A DNA stretch of 64,000 bases from Calcarisporiella thermophila CBS 279.70 (Eukaryota; Fungi; Calcarisporiellomycota): contig NW_027192197.1 of the NCBI RefSeq assembly GCF_041956535.1, positions 951,647 through 1,015,646 on the forward strand, given 5' to 3'. Of the stretch, positions 44,149-56,692 are shown in pieces. The position numbers were made by a program, and so were the translations under genes. The notes beneath the pieces were generated by a model that did no database searches, had not been told where the DNA came from, and was given only the letters and a program-made list of their open reading frames with translations. Numbering within the stretch: position 1 is the stretch's first letter; each line of letters starts with the position of its first letter.

Positions 44149-47003
44149 ATGAGTCGTAAGAAAGTAGAACCGCCAAAAATCAACGATTTACCCACTGTGC
44201 AAAAGCTAGATCTGGCTACAGAGGAAGGGAGCATTTGTCTTGATCCGTAAGCTAGATTGATTCTTTATTTGCTGATTGGATCAAGAAAATTAAACTGATC
44301 TCTCTGTTTTTAACAACCTTTCTCTTGGATCGTACGATTGATAGCAATGTGCTTTTACTCTCACTTATACAATCTCGCCAGCAATGGACTTCTACAATCT
44401 TCAGCAAATATAAACGCGAGCCTGCACGCACTTTTAACAGGGCCATTGCAAACAAAAAGGCAACAAGCTCTGGGGTACTATATTTAGGAAGTGCATCGCT
44501 CTACGTTGGGCCTCATGTTTTCCCGGGAACCAAGTTTTTTGAGGTGACATGGATTGAGCCAGTAACAACAAAAAATGGATCCAATGGAGATATAGAGGCA
44601 ACTCACCATACAAATCCTACTGCATCTTCTTCTTCCCCTGCTGATCTTGATAACTCAACAGCAACCAATAATAATTCAATGTTTACGAACGGAATTCAAT
44701 TACCTATATCTCACCCGCAATCTACAGTAAAACCCATGGTAGTGGCTCCATCGGATATATTTACTGCACTCAAACCAACAGCACCCGCTCCTGCTGTTGA
44801 GCCTGCGCCTACACCAATTATAGTTCGAGATATTGTAATGGAATTCGCGGAAAACCCCGCAGAGAAATGGTTACTACCAAAGGATATGATACTGGAAGTA
44901 TTAACTACAGAAGAACCTCTCGAAGTAACAAAACTTGCCTTTTTTTCGGGCTCAAAATGTATATTTACGAGATATATTTATTTTATTTAGATACTTGCTT
45001 CATTTTGTGTCAGTTCTACAAATAATCAGCTTCCTCACGGGGGAGCGAAGAAATCTACGCAGCATCAACCTGTTACAATGCGCATCTCCGGAGCAAGCTA
45101 TGCGATATGGAACACTCTGCAACGAGCTAGTGATGAATCCAATGTGGCACAAGATTCCATTAAATTAAAGGTGTAGTTGGATTATTATTTATAAAAAATG
45201 AAATCCTATTATAACGTGTAGGCGATTTGTATTTTAGTTAAAGCAAGTCCCAAATCGAGTCTATTTGCAGTATTATTCGCGATCGAGTGGTTCAACCGAT
45301 GAGGTCGAGGTATGATATTTGAATTTTATATTTTTCTTAGGACTTTACCATTAATTTTTTTTTGATATTTTGTAATATGAAGGTTACAGAATCCGATCAA
45401 CATTATAAATTGTCTCAATCGATCGCAAACGAGTATAATGGCATTAAGCGTAAATTAGATACCATAGATCTGCTGGTTTCCAGATCTAAAAAATCCCGCT
45501 CGCTTAATCTCGGTATGTTTTTTTTGGCGATTATGATTTTGGCATACTTCTTGAGACTCTATTTATATTGTTTCAGCGTCATCGTTCAGAAAAGAAATAC
45601 CCACTAAGAAAACAACGATTAAAAAGAGCACACCAAGATCCTTACAAACAAGTTCAGTTGGTATTGCTGGGCCAAAGCGATGCGGATATTGTGGAACTAA
45701 AACAACGCCAATGTGGCGACGTGGTCCACTTGGTCCTAGTAAGTTTTCACGCATATCACTTAGTTTCATTTTTGGACACTATAACTTCGATCAAACAATA
45801 TCTTTATTTTTGAAAACAGGTACGCTGTGTAATGCATGCGGAGTAAAATGGAAGCAGGGTAAAATACTTAAAGATGTGGAGATCGTCTCTGGCACGCTTC
45901 AGGCAGACGGTGACTCTCCAATTGGACGGAAATCCTCATCTTCTGGCCCCAAGAGAGCAGTTAAAGACGATGGCACACATACTCTTTCTGGCTCTAAATT
46001 TATGGAAACACCCAAACCGGGTAGGCCTCCAAAAACTCCAAAATCGCCAAGCACAAAGCGCACAAAATCAGGGATATTAACTGAAAGTGTGGAGGGAGTA
46101 ACCGAAGAGGAAACGAAGGAAATTATAGGTAATGGTGGAAAACATGAAACACATCCAGCACGGGAAGATATAGCAACAGCAGCTGATGATGCGAGCCAAC
46201 CCAAAGTCAAGGGTCAAAGACGAAGATCTTCTACAAAAGGTGATGCTTATTTTCAGCCACTTTTCTTACTTTATCTGAATCAGCTAATTTTGATTAACAT
46301 TATAGAAAGAAAACCACGGAAGAGTCTTACTAATGCTAACATGATCGATGACAACGCCCCACAAGCTGTGAGAAAGAAAATCCGTAAAAGCTCTATCACT
46401 TCAGCATACATCATGCCAACAACCGTATCCGTTCAAGAGAATTCGGCAGATACTATACCTTCTCCTGCACCGCAACCATCGCATTCACCAAATACTTCTG
46501 TACAACCCATTAGTTCGGCCTCTAATGTATCCAACTCCGCGGCTGCACCTCTTCCACCGTCTCTAGTTAATGCCGCATGTACTAATTCACCGCAAAAACA
46601 ACCTTCGCCCACTGGTACTTCACTTCAGTACCCAATAACCCTTCCGACTGTTTCTCTTTCGTTTGAGCAAAAAGTTTTTACACACCCAAATTGCCAGATT
46701 ATGTTACACTCCGATCATTTCAAGATGCAACTAGGAGAACCAGGTCGAGAGCGTGTTACTGTAGATGTAGCTAAGCGAAATCTGGAAGCACCTCAATTTC
46801 AGCTGATGCAGCAAGAGGTATCGGGTACAGAGCTGGTGATGAAGCTCAATATCTCACAGGTCATTACATTATATGGGCGCAAGCTAATTAATCCCGCGAG
46901 TGATGAGAAGCATCTAGTATGTCGATTTCGTGAAAAATTACTGGACAATCAGATTGGTGTGGTTCAGAAGCTATTGGAAAGATGGTTTGGGTTTGGAGAG
47001 TAA
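44149..47003 (+). CDS. GATA zinc-finger protein (C-X2-C-X18-C-X2-C) with Swc3-like N-terminal region
   Basis: The finger is split by an intron: CGYCGTKTTPMWRRGPLGPS|TLCNACGVKW. N-terminal LLLSLIQSRQQWTSTIFSKY, VGPHVFPGTKFF and IVMEFAENPAEKWLLPKDMILE recall Swc3-type motifs. Confidence 0.8.
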
Positions 47004-47232
47004 AATACAGATTAATTTTTATTTCATTGGGAATTGGCCTTTATTTCTTCGCGTTTGTATCGATGTAAGTTCTTTTAGTATGCAACAATGGATATTTACA
47101 TCTTACCCATTTCAATTACTTCCAGTTAAAGGAACATTTTTCACTTTTCTAATAGAAAAGCAAATCAAATATTGACGTTTAAATTGTAATAGAATATTGA
47201 AATAGAGTAACAAGAAAATTTAAAGTGAACGG

Positions 47233-47871
47233 TTATAAAGCGCGCTGGGAATCAGCTAGCAAAACATCCAATAATACACTTCTCTCGATCCGTAGCCGCC
47301 GTAACTTAGTCTTTAATGCGGCATACTCTTCGCGCAGTACTTCATTTTCTCTCGATATATATGAGTACTTTAATTTTGCAAGCTTATATTTTTCGAAAGC
47401 AGATCGAGGCTTATCTTCACCATTCGCACCACTAACACTATTCCCCATCACGCTTGTTCCTTCAGCAGAGAGAGTTGATAAGGAGTTAATTGCTGTTGCT
47501 ATATGTTGTTTTTCGGATTCTGTACGTTTTGGGCGGCCACGACGCTTTTTTTCTATTACTTGAGGATTTGAGATTATCGAAGGTTTATTTTTGGTATCAT
47601 TAGGGTCTTGTGAAGCAGCTGTCACTGTTGCTGAATTTGAAGTGTGTGCTAATTCTGCGGCGGCAGATGTGGATGTAGTTGATAGAAACGCGATAGGGGT
47701 TGGTGTGGGAGCGTGTTCATCTACTGGATCGCTTGCTATTTCATTCATCGGATGGTCATTATTGATAACTGATGTAGAGTGGTGTGGTAAAGAGGTTGCG
47801 GTGACTGAATCAGGTTCTGTTGTCTCTATATAGTTTTCTGTAGATGGCAAGTCTTCACTGGGCTTTGACAT
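47233..47871 (-). CDS. INO80E/TBRG1-N-like coiled-coil protein with AT-hook
   Basis: KKRRGRPKR AT-hook; KYKLAKLKYSYISRENEVLREEY...LRRLRIERSVLLDVL. Confidence 0.65.
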   Translation of the reverse strand: MSKPSEDLPSTENYIETTEPDSVTATSLPHHSTSVINNDHPMNEIASDPVDEHAPTPTPIAFLSTTSTSAAAELAHTSNSATVTAASQDPNDTKNKPSIISNPQVIEKKRRGRPKRTESEKQHIATAINSLSTLSAEGTSVMGNSVSGANGEDKPRSAFEKYKLAKLKYSYISRENEVLREEYAALKTKLRRLRIERSVLLDVLLADSQRAL

Positions 47872-48118
47872 GACTCTTCTAATTGATTAAAAGCGATTTA
47901 ATGACGGGTAGTAATAGTATTTAATACTCCATGCATATGACGATAGATAAGGCTAGATATTAATGGGATAGTTAGGTGGCGGAGATTTAATTATTAAAGT
48001 GTAAACACCCTAAGAAATATAGTGTCTTTGAAAAGAGAGATCTAGAGAAACAATTTCTATACTTCAATCTGATTATATTTATTTGTTTATTTTCATTATT
48101 CTCACTTAGATATTAATC

Positions 48119-48445
48119 ATGTCAGCATTACGCTTTTCTCTTCAGCGATTGCGGCCTTCGGCCGATCTTAGTAATTTACTCCCTCTTCCCCGTTTTCAGC
48201 CCTCTTCTATCAGAATTGGAGCAATACTTGGACTCTCAGATGTTTTTGGACCTTTTCTGTGGGCTGCACCCAAGAAGAAAACCTCACATTCAAAGAAACG
48301 TATGCGGGCATCAAACAAAGGACTTCATGACCGTACAGATATCGTGACCTGCCCAGCATGCGGCCGTGGGAAGCGCATGCATCATATATGTCTGTATTGT
48401 TATCGAGAGATAAAGGAGAAGATAAAGCAGGAAGTAACTGCATGA
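48119..48445 (+). CDS. MRPL32: Mitochondrial ribosomal protein bL32m
   Basis: Presequence, then WAAPKKKTSHSKKRMR...CPACGRGKRMHHICLYC. Confidence 0.95.
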   Translation: MSALRFSLQRLRPSADLSNLLPLPRFQPSSIRIGAILGLSDVFGPFLWAAPKKKTSHSKKRMRASNKGLHDRTDIVTCPACGRGKRMHHICLYCYREIKEKIKQEVTA

Positions 48446-49175
48446 ATTATAGTTAAATCTTGAAGGTTCTTTCAAAATTCTTTGCCTTCCTCGGATAAGT
48501 CTATTATAAAAGTTCTCTCTATGGTGTGTTTAAGTCGATATTATGATGTCTATCCTTCAATCATATTTTCACTCTTTGTACAGTGTTTTTTTCCCCTAAT
48601 TCTATTTTTTCAATAATTATTTTTTAGAGTATAAAGGGAAATGTAGCTCACATTTCAAATATCACAATCCTTCAAGTTATAATTAAAGATCAGCGATACA
48701 ATGGAAGTTGGAATTTATTAGACAATGCAGTTGATACAATGTCATGTAATAATGATATTTACAAATAAAAGAGAGCTAGATGATTAGCTTTACTTCTCGC
48801 TTGCATAAATACCAATAAGCATACACTATGGGCTCATGATCGGTTTGTGATAGTATTTCTGACCTAAATATTCCCAAATATTTATAATATACTTGTCATT
48901 TTCTAAGGTGTTGATAAATAAATTGATATTATCGAGGTAAATCTCAACTGTGTGTTAATTATATAACGTGATATATGAATATTCTTTATATAAAATTATA
49001 TTTATATGTGAATCCAAATCCCAATTCTATTGCAAATATTATTGTGGTGTTTGTAACGAGTACTAAATGAATTTTTAAACAAACGAAATAGGATATTTCC
49101 CAGTATAGAAACCAGAAATTATCCCTGTATTGAAATCAACTGGAAATCAAAACGAAATGCAATGATGCGAAGGTG

Positions 49176-52100
49176 ATGGAAGATGAACAGCAACACATCA
49201 AGGAAATTCCTGTTATGATTTATGTAATCTTATAAAATTATGTGTAATTTATACAAATCCATTATTTTTCTCACCATAACTTACTCAAACTTATACAGGA
49301 TTCTTCGAATGATGAACGGAGAAACTTCGAGTCTGCATTCACTAGAACAGACGCGTCCGAAATTATGACGAATGAAGCATCTACACGTCTTCAGGATTGC
49401 AACTCCCCTAGATTACCGAAGAATTCTTTTCCACACCCGGCTTTCCCTCACAAAGATTCATCGCATCCAAAATTATGGTCTTTTTCTTTAAGCAACAATT
49501 CACCTCAGAATTCATCTTGCAATACTTTAAATTTATCTCCTTCCCCTCAAACGTGTCAAGCTCAGTTGTATAGCCCAATAGTGCAGCCTCCCATCTGTTC
49601 AATTCACCAATGCCCTCCCGTGCTTCATAAAACTGCCGGTCCTAACGCTACTAGTTGCCCTATAGGGTGTCCTATTCGGTTTAAATCGGAGCTCTTAGCT
49701 GATTGCTGGAGCGTTTGGAAGGAAATGCCACCACCAGATATACTCGATGGACTTGCGAAAGTTGCAAATATATCAATTGAAGAAGCGAAGGCATTTTTTG
49801 AAGAGCAACAAAGTAGTCAGAAATCAGTGAAATTACAAAGTGAACAAATTATGGAGTTATCGTCGGTAAACCCTGAGCAATTGCCGCCGATACCAGATTT
49901 CCATTCAAGTAGAGGAGTTCGCAGAAGAGGTCGATTAAGACGTACTAGTGGAAGATTGGATGCGAAAGATACCAAACATTCCAACCCCTCTATCGTTTTA
50001 ACATCTAAATCCTCTCGTGGCAGAGGAGGGAGGACTAGTAGGGAAAGCGTTGAAACGAGAAGAACCAGCTCAAATGGACAGGATTTTATGAACTCTGAAA
50101 ATACTAATGGAGTAGGACCAAGAAAACGAAGAAGAGGCAGGCGCAGCAATAGTCTCTCTGAGAGGTCCGATAAAGAAGAAAAAAAAACTCAGAAATGCAA
50201 CGCTGAGCATATAGTGAAAGTGAAAACAATCCCTTTTGAGGCGGATCTAGTCAAGAGAGTTATTGTTCAACCATCGACATGTCTGAGTAAAGTGTTTAAG
50301 CAATTTGAAAGTTGCCGGGCATGCATCTCAAACGATGGTGATTTGTGTCGTTTTGTTGATTTTCGCGTGTTTAAGTTGAATAAACAAAGGACACTGGTAT
50401 GGGCTATAAGTTTATTTGAATTTTTTTTTTCAAAAGTCTTAATAATATATTTTTTTTTTTCAAATACAGAGCCCTGACAATCTAATTTATCTACCATCAT
50501 TTTGCAATAATGAGGAGCCGGAGGATCCTGCGCCAATCCCCAGCTGTGTTGAGCACAGCGATAATGGAGCTGCAGAACGTTATATTCTTGATTCAATGAA
50601 CGACACATTTAAATTAATTATGCTGCGAGAAGAAGAGCATATGGCCCAAAACCACACTATACGTAAGAAACAGCTATCCAATACACGTCAGCTATGTGAT
50701 TACTGTATGACGGTAATATTTGGCGGATATTGGATGTGCTGTGTATGTGGTGCAGAGTCTTGTTTTGATTGCTATGAATCACTTCAAACCTCTAATCCAG
50801 ATTCTTTGCCTCTCGCATCTTTTTGCTCCCGCAATCGCTACCATGGACCAGAACAGATGGTTGCAGTGACCAGATGGTTCGGCCATGAATTACGTGAGGT
50901 AATAGATCGTATTGGGCATCAACAAAACATATCTGCAGGACTCCAGGTGGGAATTGATGAACCATATAACGCTATGGTCAAGGATACTCGAATACAAGGC
51001 GATAGCAAAAGTGCTAAAGAAAGGGCGACCGTTGTAATGCAGGCGGAAAGCAGCCAAATCATGGAGGAATCAAACGCTAGAATAAACACTAATATCTCAC
51101 CTAAACACATCAATCTAATCACGCCTTCAGGTGAGATAATTAGCTCCTATCAGGAGCCAGATTTATTCGGCTACACAGAAGATACGCCGCCTTGGGCATC
51201 TAAAGGATACCTCAGTAACACCTACGAAAATATTTCCTCTGACTTGTTTCGCAACTACTGGCGCCGTGGAATATGCGTAGTAGTTAACAATTTACAAATT
51301 CAAAGTGAACTTTGGACGCCCAGTTATTTCGTGAGGCAATGCGGCAGAGAAAAGATAGATCTGATAGATTGTCGCAATCAAAACGTAGTAAAGGGCACCA
51401 TTGAAGAATTTTTCCAAGGTTTTGAACATACCACAGAAGCGAGCTATTCTAAGGAAAAAAGCAAGATCCTTAAGTTAAAGGTAGATTCTTTCTTTTCATA
51501 TTTATGTTTAATCAAATCTTTAATCGAATCTTCATCCCTATTTCTAAATAGGATTGGCCGACGAGCGAGAACTTTCGCGAGAGGTTTCCTAGACACTTTG
51601 ATGAATTCATGTCTATTATCCCATTTCCGGAATATACAAACTGGAATGGCATTTATAACCTCGCCTGCCGTTTGCCTTCTCGCTTTGTTCCCCCGGATCT
51701 TGGGCCTAAATTATATATTGCCTATGGTTCTGACGACGGCGATGGAGGATCCGGAACGACTAATCTCCACTGTGATATGGCCGATGCTGTAAACCTGATG
51801 GTATATAGTGCAGATAATGAACCCACTGCTCCTGCTGCTGCCGTCTGGGATATCTATTCGCAATCTGATCTTCCAAAACTTCGAGCATTCCTTAACAAGA
51901 TTGCAGCTGAAGAATCGTATGATATCCCAGGTGATCCAGTACATTCACAAGTGTTCTACTTAGATGTAAAACTTCGACAGCGACTCTTTGATGAATATGG
52001 TGTAAGAAGCTGGCGAATTGAGCAACGTCCAGGCGATGCCGTTTTCATACCTGCAGGCTGTGCCCACCAGGTGTGTAATTACACTTCAGCCATCAAAATT

Positions 52101-52319
52101 GCAATGGATTTTGTAAGTCCAGAAAATGTGTCTCGATGCCTTGAATTAACACAGGAGTTTCGCAAACTGAGCGAGAACCATGGAAAAAAAGAGGATGTGT
52201 TGCAGCTGAAAAATATTTTATTTTACACATGGCTGGACTGTGATACTCACCTAAGAAAGTTGAATGGAGAGGTGGTGAAGGTGAAAAGAAAAAGAGGGAG
52301 ACCAAAAGTTACCAACTAG
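49176..52319 (+). CDS. JmjC histone demethylase, KDM3/JMJD1-like
   Basis: Zn finger CDYCMTVIFGGYWMCCVCGAESCFDC; LKLK|DWP; PDLGPKLYIAYG; TNLHCDMADAVN (HxD); IPAGCAHQV; AMDFVSPE. The 5' end is uncertain (a certain in-frame ATG lies at 49365). Confidence 0.92.
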
Positions 52320-52752
52320 GACTGGAGGGCTTATTGGGAAAATTTTGAGCAATGCTAGGAGTGGAGAACAGGCGGCGAGATATTAGTGCTATTCAGATCT
52401 GCTTATTCGAAAGTGTTTACATTGTCTAAATATTATTTGCAGCCATGTTTAAAATTTTAACAATTTAGCCGGATATACTCCGTAAATGCACCTTTACTGT
52501 CTTTGAGTTTTGCAATTTTCTTCATTTCTCTAAATTACACAATCCTCCCATTTTCCAACTGCACAAAGTATAATAAAAATATGCAAAAGTTCAATTTATA
52601 TATAATTTCCAAATTTTAGTCATAGTGAGAAAGAGAAAAGGAGGTTTTGGGGCGAATATCAGATGTAAAAGATTTCAAGCCAACGAAAAATCCAAAGAAA
52701 ATAAAAAAATTTTTCTATAATATTATGTAAATATAAGAAAAAACCACAAAAA

Positions 52753-55700
52753 CTATTCATGATGTCGCTTTTCCTCCGTGTTCTCTCCCTGCTTTTTTAA
52801 ACCTAGAGGCATATCATCCTCATCGTCAGATGCTGCTCCTCCATTGGCTCCTGGCTGCGCTGGCATTGGACCACTATACCCGAAGCCTTGTCCTCCGACA
52901 CCACCATACATCATACCCATATTTCCTGCCGGGAACATACCGCTCATTACACTCATCCGGTTGTTCACGGCTCCCCCTTGTGGTCCCGCCATAGGGTTCA
53001 GCATCCCACCTCCCGGCTGTTGCATCCCCGCAGGATCAAGATAGGCTCCTTGTGGATATAACATTCCGCGCCCTTGCTGCTGCTGAGGATATGCGTTCAT
53101 CATTCCCATCCCCATACTCCCCATACCTCCCATGCCCATACCCATGCCCATACCCATACCCATCATCTGTGGAGTCATCATACCCATTCCCATCCCTCCC
53201 ATCCCCATCATCCCCATTCCACCCATCCCCATCATTCCCATCCCATATCCCATTCCCATCCCCATTCGATTTTGCATCATATACATCTCAGCCATCTGTT
53301 GTTGCTCCATCAGTTTCCTTTCACGTTGCTCTCGTTCGAGCAAAAGCATACTGGTGCGCTGTGTATTTCCTGTTCGACGATCCTTTTCTCGCTGCGTAAT
53401 ATGGCCAACCAAACCACGCTGTGGCTCAGGAGGTTTTTCGGGTACCTGGATGAGAGGCATGCCCATTGCTTTGGCGAGCTCGGTTTGCTCTCTTGCTGAA
53501 AGTTTTTCTGCTAAGTGGTTGCCTAAAAGCGAATGGCTGCGAATAGCTGAGTTATCGTATACACTTTCGTCATAATATTCTTCATCCATATCTTCTTCGT
53601 ATTCTTCTTCATCTCCAAATGCATCTTCATAGTACTGCTGTTGTTGCTGTGAAATGCTAGAGTAACGTTGCTGAGCATGCTGAGACGCAAAATTGTCATT
53701 AGTAACAATGCGGGGTATTTCATCATGCTCGTAGCCAAGAGGCGAGATAGCTCTGCCCCCCGAGGCATTTCCACGTTTACGCGCGGGATCGGATTGTGCA
53801 GATAAAGAGGAGGAGTCGGACACACGAAGTGCCGACTTACCTCCCGCATTCTCACTTGAATCACGCCCTTTACCTTTGCCAGTCCGACCACTATATCCAG
53901 AAAACGCTCCTCCACTACTGGGGCGAGAATAATCCGCTGATTCTACTTCATTTCCTTCCTCTTCCAAATCTTCTTCGTCTTCTTCCTCTGTTTCACTTGT
54001 AGCTATTGAAGATGGTTTCCGCATTGCTTTTTTCTTTCCTTTATCCAAGGGCTTTTTAGGTTTCTCTTCCTCTGAATCAGATGGCATCAGAGGCGCTTTT
54101 TGCTTCTTCTGTTGTTTCGAGCTTGAGGTATTGCCAAAGTTCGCCACGCCAGTTGCCAGCTGAACCGCGGGCTCATTTGCAAGATCAAAGGAGAGTTCTA
54201 GTGAAGGATTGGGCTCTTGGTGTTCTGTCTGAGTAGACGCCGGAGGAGAAGGTGGTTTCTCACTTGGCTGCTCATCTGGTTGCTTATCGCTACTTTTTCT
54301 CGCAGAGGATGGCACTGATCGAGGTGCCAATACCTCGTTTTCACTCTCTTCTTCTTCCTCTTCCTCCTCTTCCTCGTCATCGTCATCGTCTTCCTCCGAA
54401 TCGCTTGCTCGCAAATTAGCTTGACGAGCCTTTGCCTTGTTAATTGGAGGGGCGGATTGTTGTACGAGGGAAGATGGCGAGGTAACCCTTCTACCAGTAG
54501 ATTGCGCGAGTCGTGAAGGGTGACTTGTTCTTGCTTGCTGATGTTGCAGAGATCCAGCACTCGCAGACTCGGCTCGAGTTCGTGCAAATGCATTCCGTAG
54601 CTCTCTTGTTGACACAGGAGAGTCTTGTTGATAATGCGAAGGCTGTGGCACCGGAGCAGACGATCTCGCCTGGATTTTGTGCCCCGCAACAGGCGGTGGC
54701 CGAGAGCTTTCTACGTGTTGCTTCAAGACATTGTTGAATTTGGACTTAACGTCTGCGAGCGTCTCACCTTGCATGTTCAAATGTCGTATGTCGTCCAAAG
54801 CAAGAAACAATTTTTCATACTGCTCAGGAAAGTATGGGCGCGCAAAGCACATCGACGCAGGATCGTTGGGGGTATCAGAAAAGCGCTCGGGTCGACCATA
54901 GAGACGGAAGCAGTCGAACATTGCTGTAAGCCATTTAGCCATTTCTGATGGAGTTGAAGCCATCAAAAGCACAAAACTTGGCGCAGAATCCTGAGAAGAC
55001 TTAGACGGCACGAATAAAGTGCCTTCTACTTTGAGAAGGGTAGCAACATCAGCGAGCTGTGCCTTTTCAGGATAAACTGCATATGCTTGATACACGTTCA
55101 CAAGTGTCATAACCGGAGTTTTGGATTTTTTGTTTTCATAGAACATGCACTGCCCTCGTGTCACGGTGCCCCTGCGCTTTTTCTCGCCATCACGATGGTC
55201 GGTAACAACAACCCAATACTTTTGCCATTCTATTGATCCCGTGAAGCGAACTTGCATGTAGCCTTCAAGTTTCGCTTGAGGCTTACCTTCGAGTAGAGGT
55301 GCGTGCGTAGGACGCTTAAGTAGTGCAGCAGTGTAAATTTCTTGGAGTTTGGAATTTTCGAAGCATGACAATCGTACAGCACATGCCCAGCGATTAAGAG
55401 CATTTACATCCATGCTTTCTTCCACGCGTAAAGAAAATCGGTTTGCCCCTGCTGAATTCAACGAAATCATATGATCAGCTCCTCTCTCACTCTGCTCCAT
55501 AACTATGTCTAATGCCGAATCTGTGATGTTTATGTAGCTGGGTTTACTTTGCTCCTTGATTGTTTCAACATCGGCGATGCTTCCTGTTTCCGCGCTCCAA
55601 AACGTAAGCACAGGTCCTGTCAACTCAACATAACAGCGCGTCCAGCTCTGTGTAGTGTAAGGTTTACCCTCAGGAGTGAGGTCATTTCTCCGTAGTAGGA

Positions 55701-55965
55701 ATCCTCGCGTATAAGTCTTATGGGAAAACACATCAAACAGCTTAGCGACGTGTGCAATGTCGGGAGGTATACTCGGATCTGAGGGTGGAGGTGGCGGATG
55801 GAATGAATTAGAAGTGGCAAATGGTCGCGGCGTGTAGCCAGAGGTAGGCGATGGAGTGTGACGAGTATATGAATGTTCTGTTGATGAAGGGCTACTCCCT
55901 GAAAATGATAACCCACCCAACTGCGATGTAACTTCATGCACGTGTGATGTTCTAGGCTCTGACAT
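52753..55965 (-). CDS. Skg3/Caf120-like tandem PH-domain protein
   Basis: Single 1070-aa ORF. WTRCYVELTGPVLTFW; LSCFENSKLQEIYTAALL; EGYMQVRFTGSIEWQKYWVV; AYAVYPE; FDCFRLYGRP; LSAREQ; GLVGHITQRE; Gly/Met-rich tail. Confidence 0.85.
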   Translation of the reverse strand: MSEPRTSHVHEVTSQLGGLSFSGSSPSSTEHSYTRHTPSPTSGYTPRPFATSNSFHPPPPPSDPSIPPDIAHVAKLFDVFSHKTYTRGFLLRRNDLTPEGKPYTTQSWTRCYVELTGPVLTFWSAETGSIADVETIKEQSKPSYINITDSALDIVMEQSERGADHMISLNSAGANRFSLRVEESMDVNALNRWACAVRLSCFENSKLQEIYTAALLKRPTHAPLLEGKPQAKLEGYMQVRFTGSIEWQKYWVVVTDHRDGEKKRRGTVTRGQCMFYENKKSKTPVMTLVNVYQAYAVYPEKAQLADVATLLKVEGTLFVPSKSSQDSAPSFVLLMASTPSEMAKWLTAMFDCFRLYGRPERFSDTPNDPASMCFARPYFPEQYEKLFLALDDIRHLNMQGETLADVKSKFNNVLKQHVESSRPPPVAGHKIQARSSAPVPQPSHYQQDSPVSTRELRNAFARTRAESASAGSLQHQQARTSHPSRLAQSTGRRVTSPSSLVQQSAPPINKAKARQANLRASDSEEDDDDDEEEEEEEEEESENEVLAPRSVPSSARKSSDKQPDEQPSEKPPSPPASTQTEHQEPNPSLELSFDLANEPAVQLATGVANFGNTSSSKQQKKQKAPLMPSDSEEEKPKKPLDKGKKKAMRKPSSIATSETEEEDEEDLEEEGNEVESADYSRPSSGGAFSGYSGRTGKGKGRDSSENAGGKSALRVSDSSSLSAQSDPARKRGNASGGRAISPLGYEHDEIPRIVTNDNFASQHAQQRYSSISQQQQQYYEDAFGDEEEYEEDMDEEYYDESVYDNSAIRSHSLLGNHLAEKLSAREQTELAKAMGMPLIQVPEKPPEPQRGLVGHITQREKDRRTGNTQRTSMLLLEREQRERKLMEQQQMAEMYMMQNRMGMGMGYGMGMMGMGGMGMMGMGGMGMGMMTPQMMGMGMGMGMGMGGMGSMGMGMMNAYPQQQQGRGMLYPQGAYLDPAGMQQPGGGMLNPMAGPQGGAVNNRMSVMSGMFPAGNMGMMYGGVGGQGFGYSGPMPAQPGANGGAASDDEDDMPLGLKKQGENTEEKRHHE
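53095..53290 (-). repeat. Coding low-complexity Gly-Met repeat (ATGGG-rich)
   Basis: Repeated cccat units on the + strand encode MGMGMGYGMGMMGMGG... on the - strand. Confidence 0.9.
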
Positions 55966-56692
55966 TTTTACGATATGACTAATCCATGAAATTAATCATT
56001 TAGTTAATGCCTAAAGTTTGGAGAGTAAATAGAAGACAAAAATATGAGCTTACCTTCACTTGCACAATTACACAAAATAGAGCGTCGGCTCCCAGAATTC
56101 CGGAAAAATATAATTAGTATGATTAGATGAAGAAATGAATGAAGTGATTTCAGCCGAATTGACACCCTCGGCTGCCGTTCCTCTCACTTGAGCACAATGA
56201 ATAAATAAAAAAAGAGGAGAATTGGAATTAGAGAGGAAAATGAAATAGTCATCAGACTAGCTATTTTCGGTGGCGTTTCACAAAGTTGTACTAAATACAT
56301 CCCCCCGTTCCCCTTTACAAATAAAAGAAATTTATAGTATGCGAAACTTATTGGTAACTAGGAATGAAAGCTTACAAGTCCTTCTGCACGTAAAACACTT
56401 GAAAAGTAGACAGTAGAAACTGTTTGCTGATTAGTTTGCAGTTCATTTTATTTCTTGAAATTCAAAGTGACCCTTAGAATTCAATTTCTAAATTACAATG
56501 CTTCTAGAGGTCGAGTACACACTTCGAATAATGGTATCTAAAAATTACGATTTAGAAATAAAATGTGCAGTTTGATAAGACTTAGAAAGGCTGGCCTTGT
56601 TCAAATGCTGGCAAAAATACAGTGTGCTCCCTCTCCTTGTTTGGTTGTGGGTTTAGTGTTCTAGTTATAGTAACATGGTTGCTAGATACAGA

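Noticed and set aside
52778-53575. + strand ORFs with PIPIPI, His-Pro and Pro-Ser repeats
   Set aside because: They are antisense shadows of the Gly-Met repeat in the Caf120-like gene.
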